Assembly (NCBI RefSeq): GCF_009834535.1
Contig: NC_045713.1
Span: forward strand, 21,762,001-21,826,000
From: Camelus ferus
Taxonomy: Eukaryota
Length of the DNA: 64,000 bases
Direction of reading: 5' to 3'
The notes beneath the pieces are model-generated. The model did not search any database, was not told where the DNA came from, and saw only the letters and a list, made by a program, of their open reading frames with translations. The position numbers were made by a program, and so were the translations under genes. Positions 63,316-64,000 of the stretch are shown here, one piece after another; the first letter of the stretch is position 1, and each line of letters starts with the position of its first letter.

Positions 63316-64000
63316 ATGGCACCTGGGTTGCGACCACTTCTGCTGCTCGCGTTCTGGATGCTGGCGTCTTCCGCCCGGAGTCCCGGGGAGGCGAACCACG
63401 GAGGATGGTGAGCAGCGCTGGGCGGCCGGATAGGGCGGGGCGCGCGGCGGGACGGCCCGGGGCATTGACCGGTTGTGTCCGCAGGCCGCAGTATGGGCCG
63501 GGGGCACCGGTGGCTGTGGCGGAGGAGGAACGCTGCACGGTGGAGCGCCGAGCGGACCTCAGCTACGCCGAGTTCATGCAGCAGTATGTGCATCCTCCTG
63601 TGTGGCCACACCTCCCACGCCCGAAAACCATCCTTGGGGTTCCGTCACCCTACACCTCTGAGGCCGTGCACTGGTCTGCTGGCCCGTTCCCCCGGAACTC
63701 CCTAGGCTGCCTCCCCCAGAGCTCATGCGAGCGCGCGTGGGCGGGACGGTGGTAGGCGCGGACTAGCCCTGGCGGTGACCCTGCCCTTCTTTCTAGCTAC
63801 GCCTTCTCCAGACCTGTCATTCTGCAGGGGCTCACAGACAACTCGGTGAGTGCTCACGCCTCTCCCGACCACCTTTCGCCCTTGCTAGACCTGACCCCTA
63901 AGTCCTCTCCCTACTCCTGCAGAGGTTCCGGGTCCTGTGCTCCCGTGAGAGGCTGCTGGCCTCTTTTGGGGACAGCGTGGTCCGGTTGAGTACTGCCAAC
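63316..64000 (+). CDS. JMJD8: JmjC domain-containing protein 8, 5' part (continues off the right edge)
   Basis: Exons 63316-63407 (signal peptide MAPGLRPLLLLAFWML), 63485-63583 (VAEEERCTVERRADLSYAEF), 63797-63845 (YAFSRPVILQGLTDNS) and 63923-64000 (RFRVLCSRERLLASFGDSVVRLSTAN). An in-frame upstream ATG lies at 63295. Confidence 0.95.

Overview
Eukaryotic, GC-rich mammalian genomic DNA, most likely from a camelid (three copies of a Vic-1-like tRNA-derived SINE). The window is syntenic with human 16p13.3 in reverse orientation. Left to right it holds the 5' part of MSLN (-), about 15 kb of L1/MaLR-rich intergenic DNA, CIAO3/NARFL (+, 11 exons, 476 aa), HAGHL (-, 8 exons, 283 aa), CCDC78 (+, 14 exons, one +1 frameshift), ANTKMT/FAM173A (-, 5 exons, 226 aa), METRN (-, 4 exons, 291 aa), FBXL16 (+, 482 aa), WDR24 (+, 8 exons, 790 aa) and the 5' part of JMJD8 (+). 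All exons were read by hand with GT-AG sites and phase checks. There are four N-gaps. No prokaryotic or CRISPR features are present. The most unusual observations are: (1) a decayed stereocilin-like gene between MSLN and CIAO3, with collinear peptide matches to STRC; (2) MSLN lacks the whole MPF-coding exon block but stays in frame and keeps the furin site; (3) three AUGA stop/start-coupled uORFs in the FBXL16 leader; (4) a regularly spaced 4x RFX X-box plus MEF2 cluster; (5) a CCDC78 frameshift; (6) an apparent precise loss of the last WDR24 intron; (7) a CTGAC-dense WDR24 leader with two strong-context uORFs. All comparisons to human proteins are from memory and need confirming by alignment.
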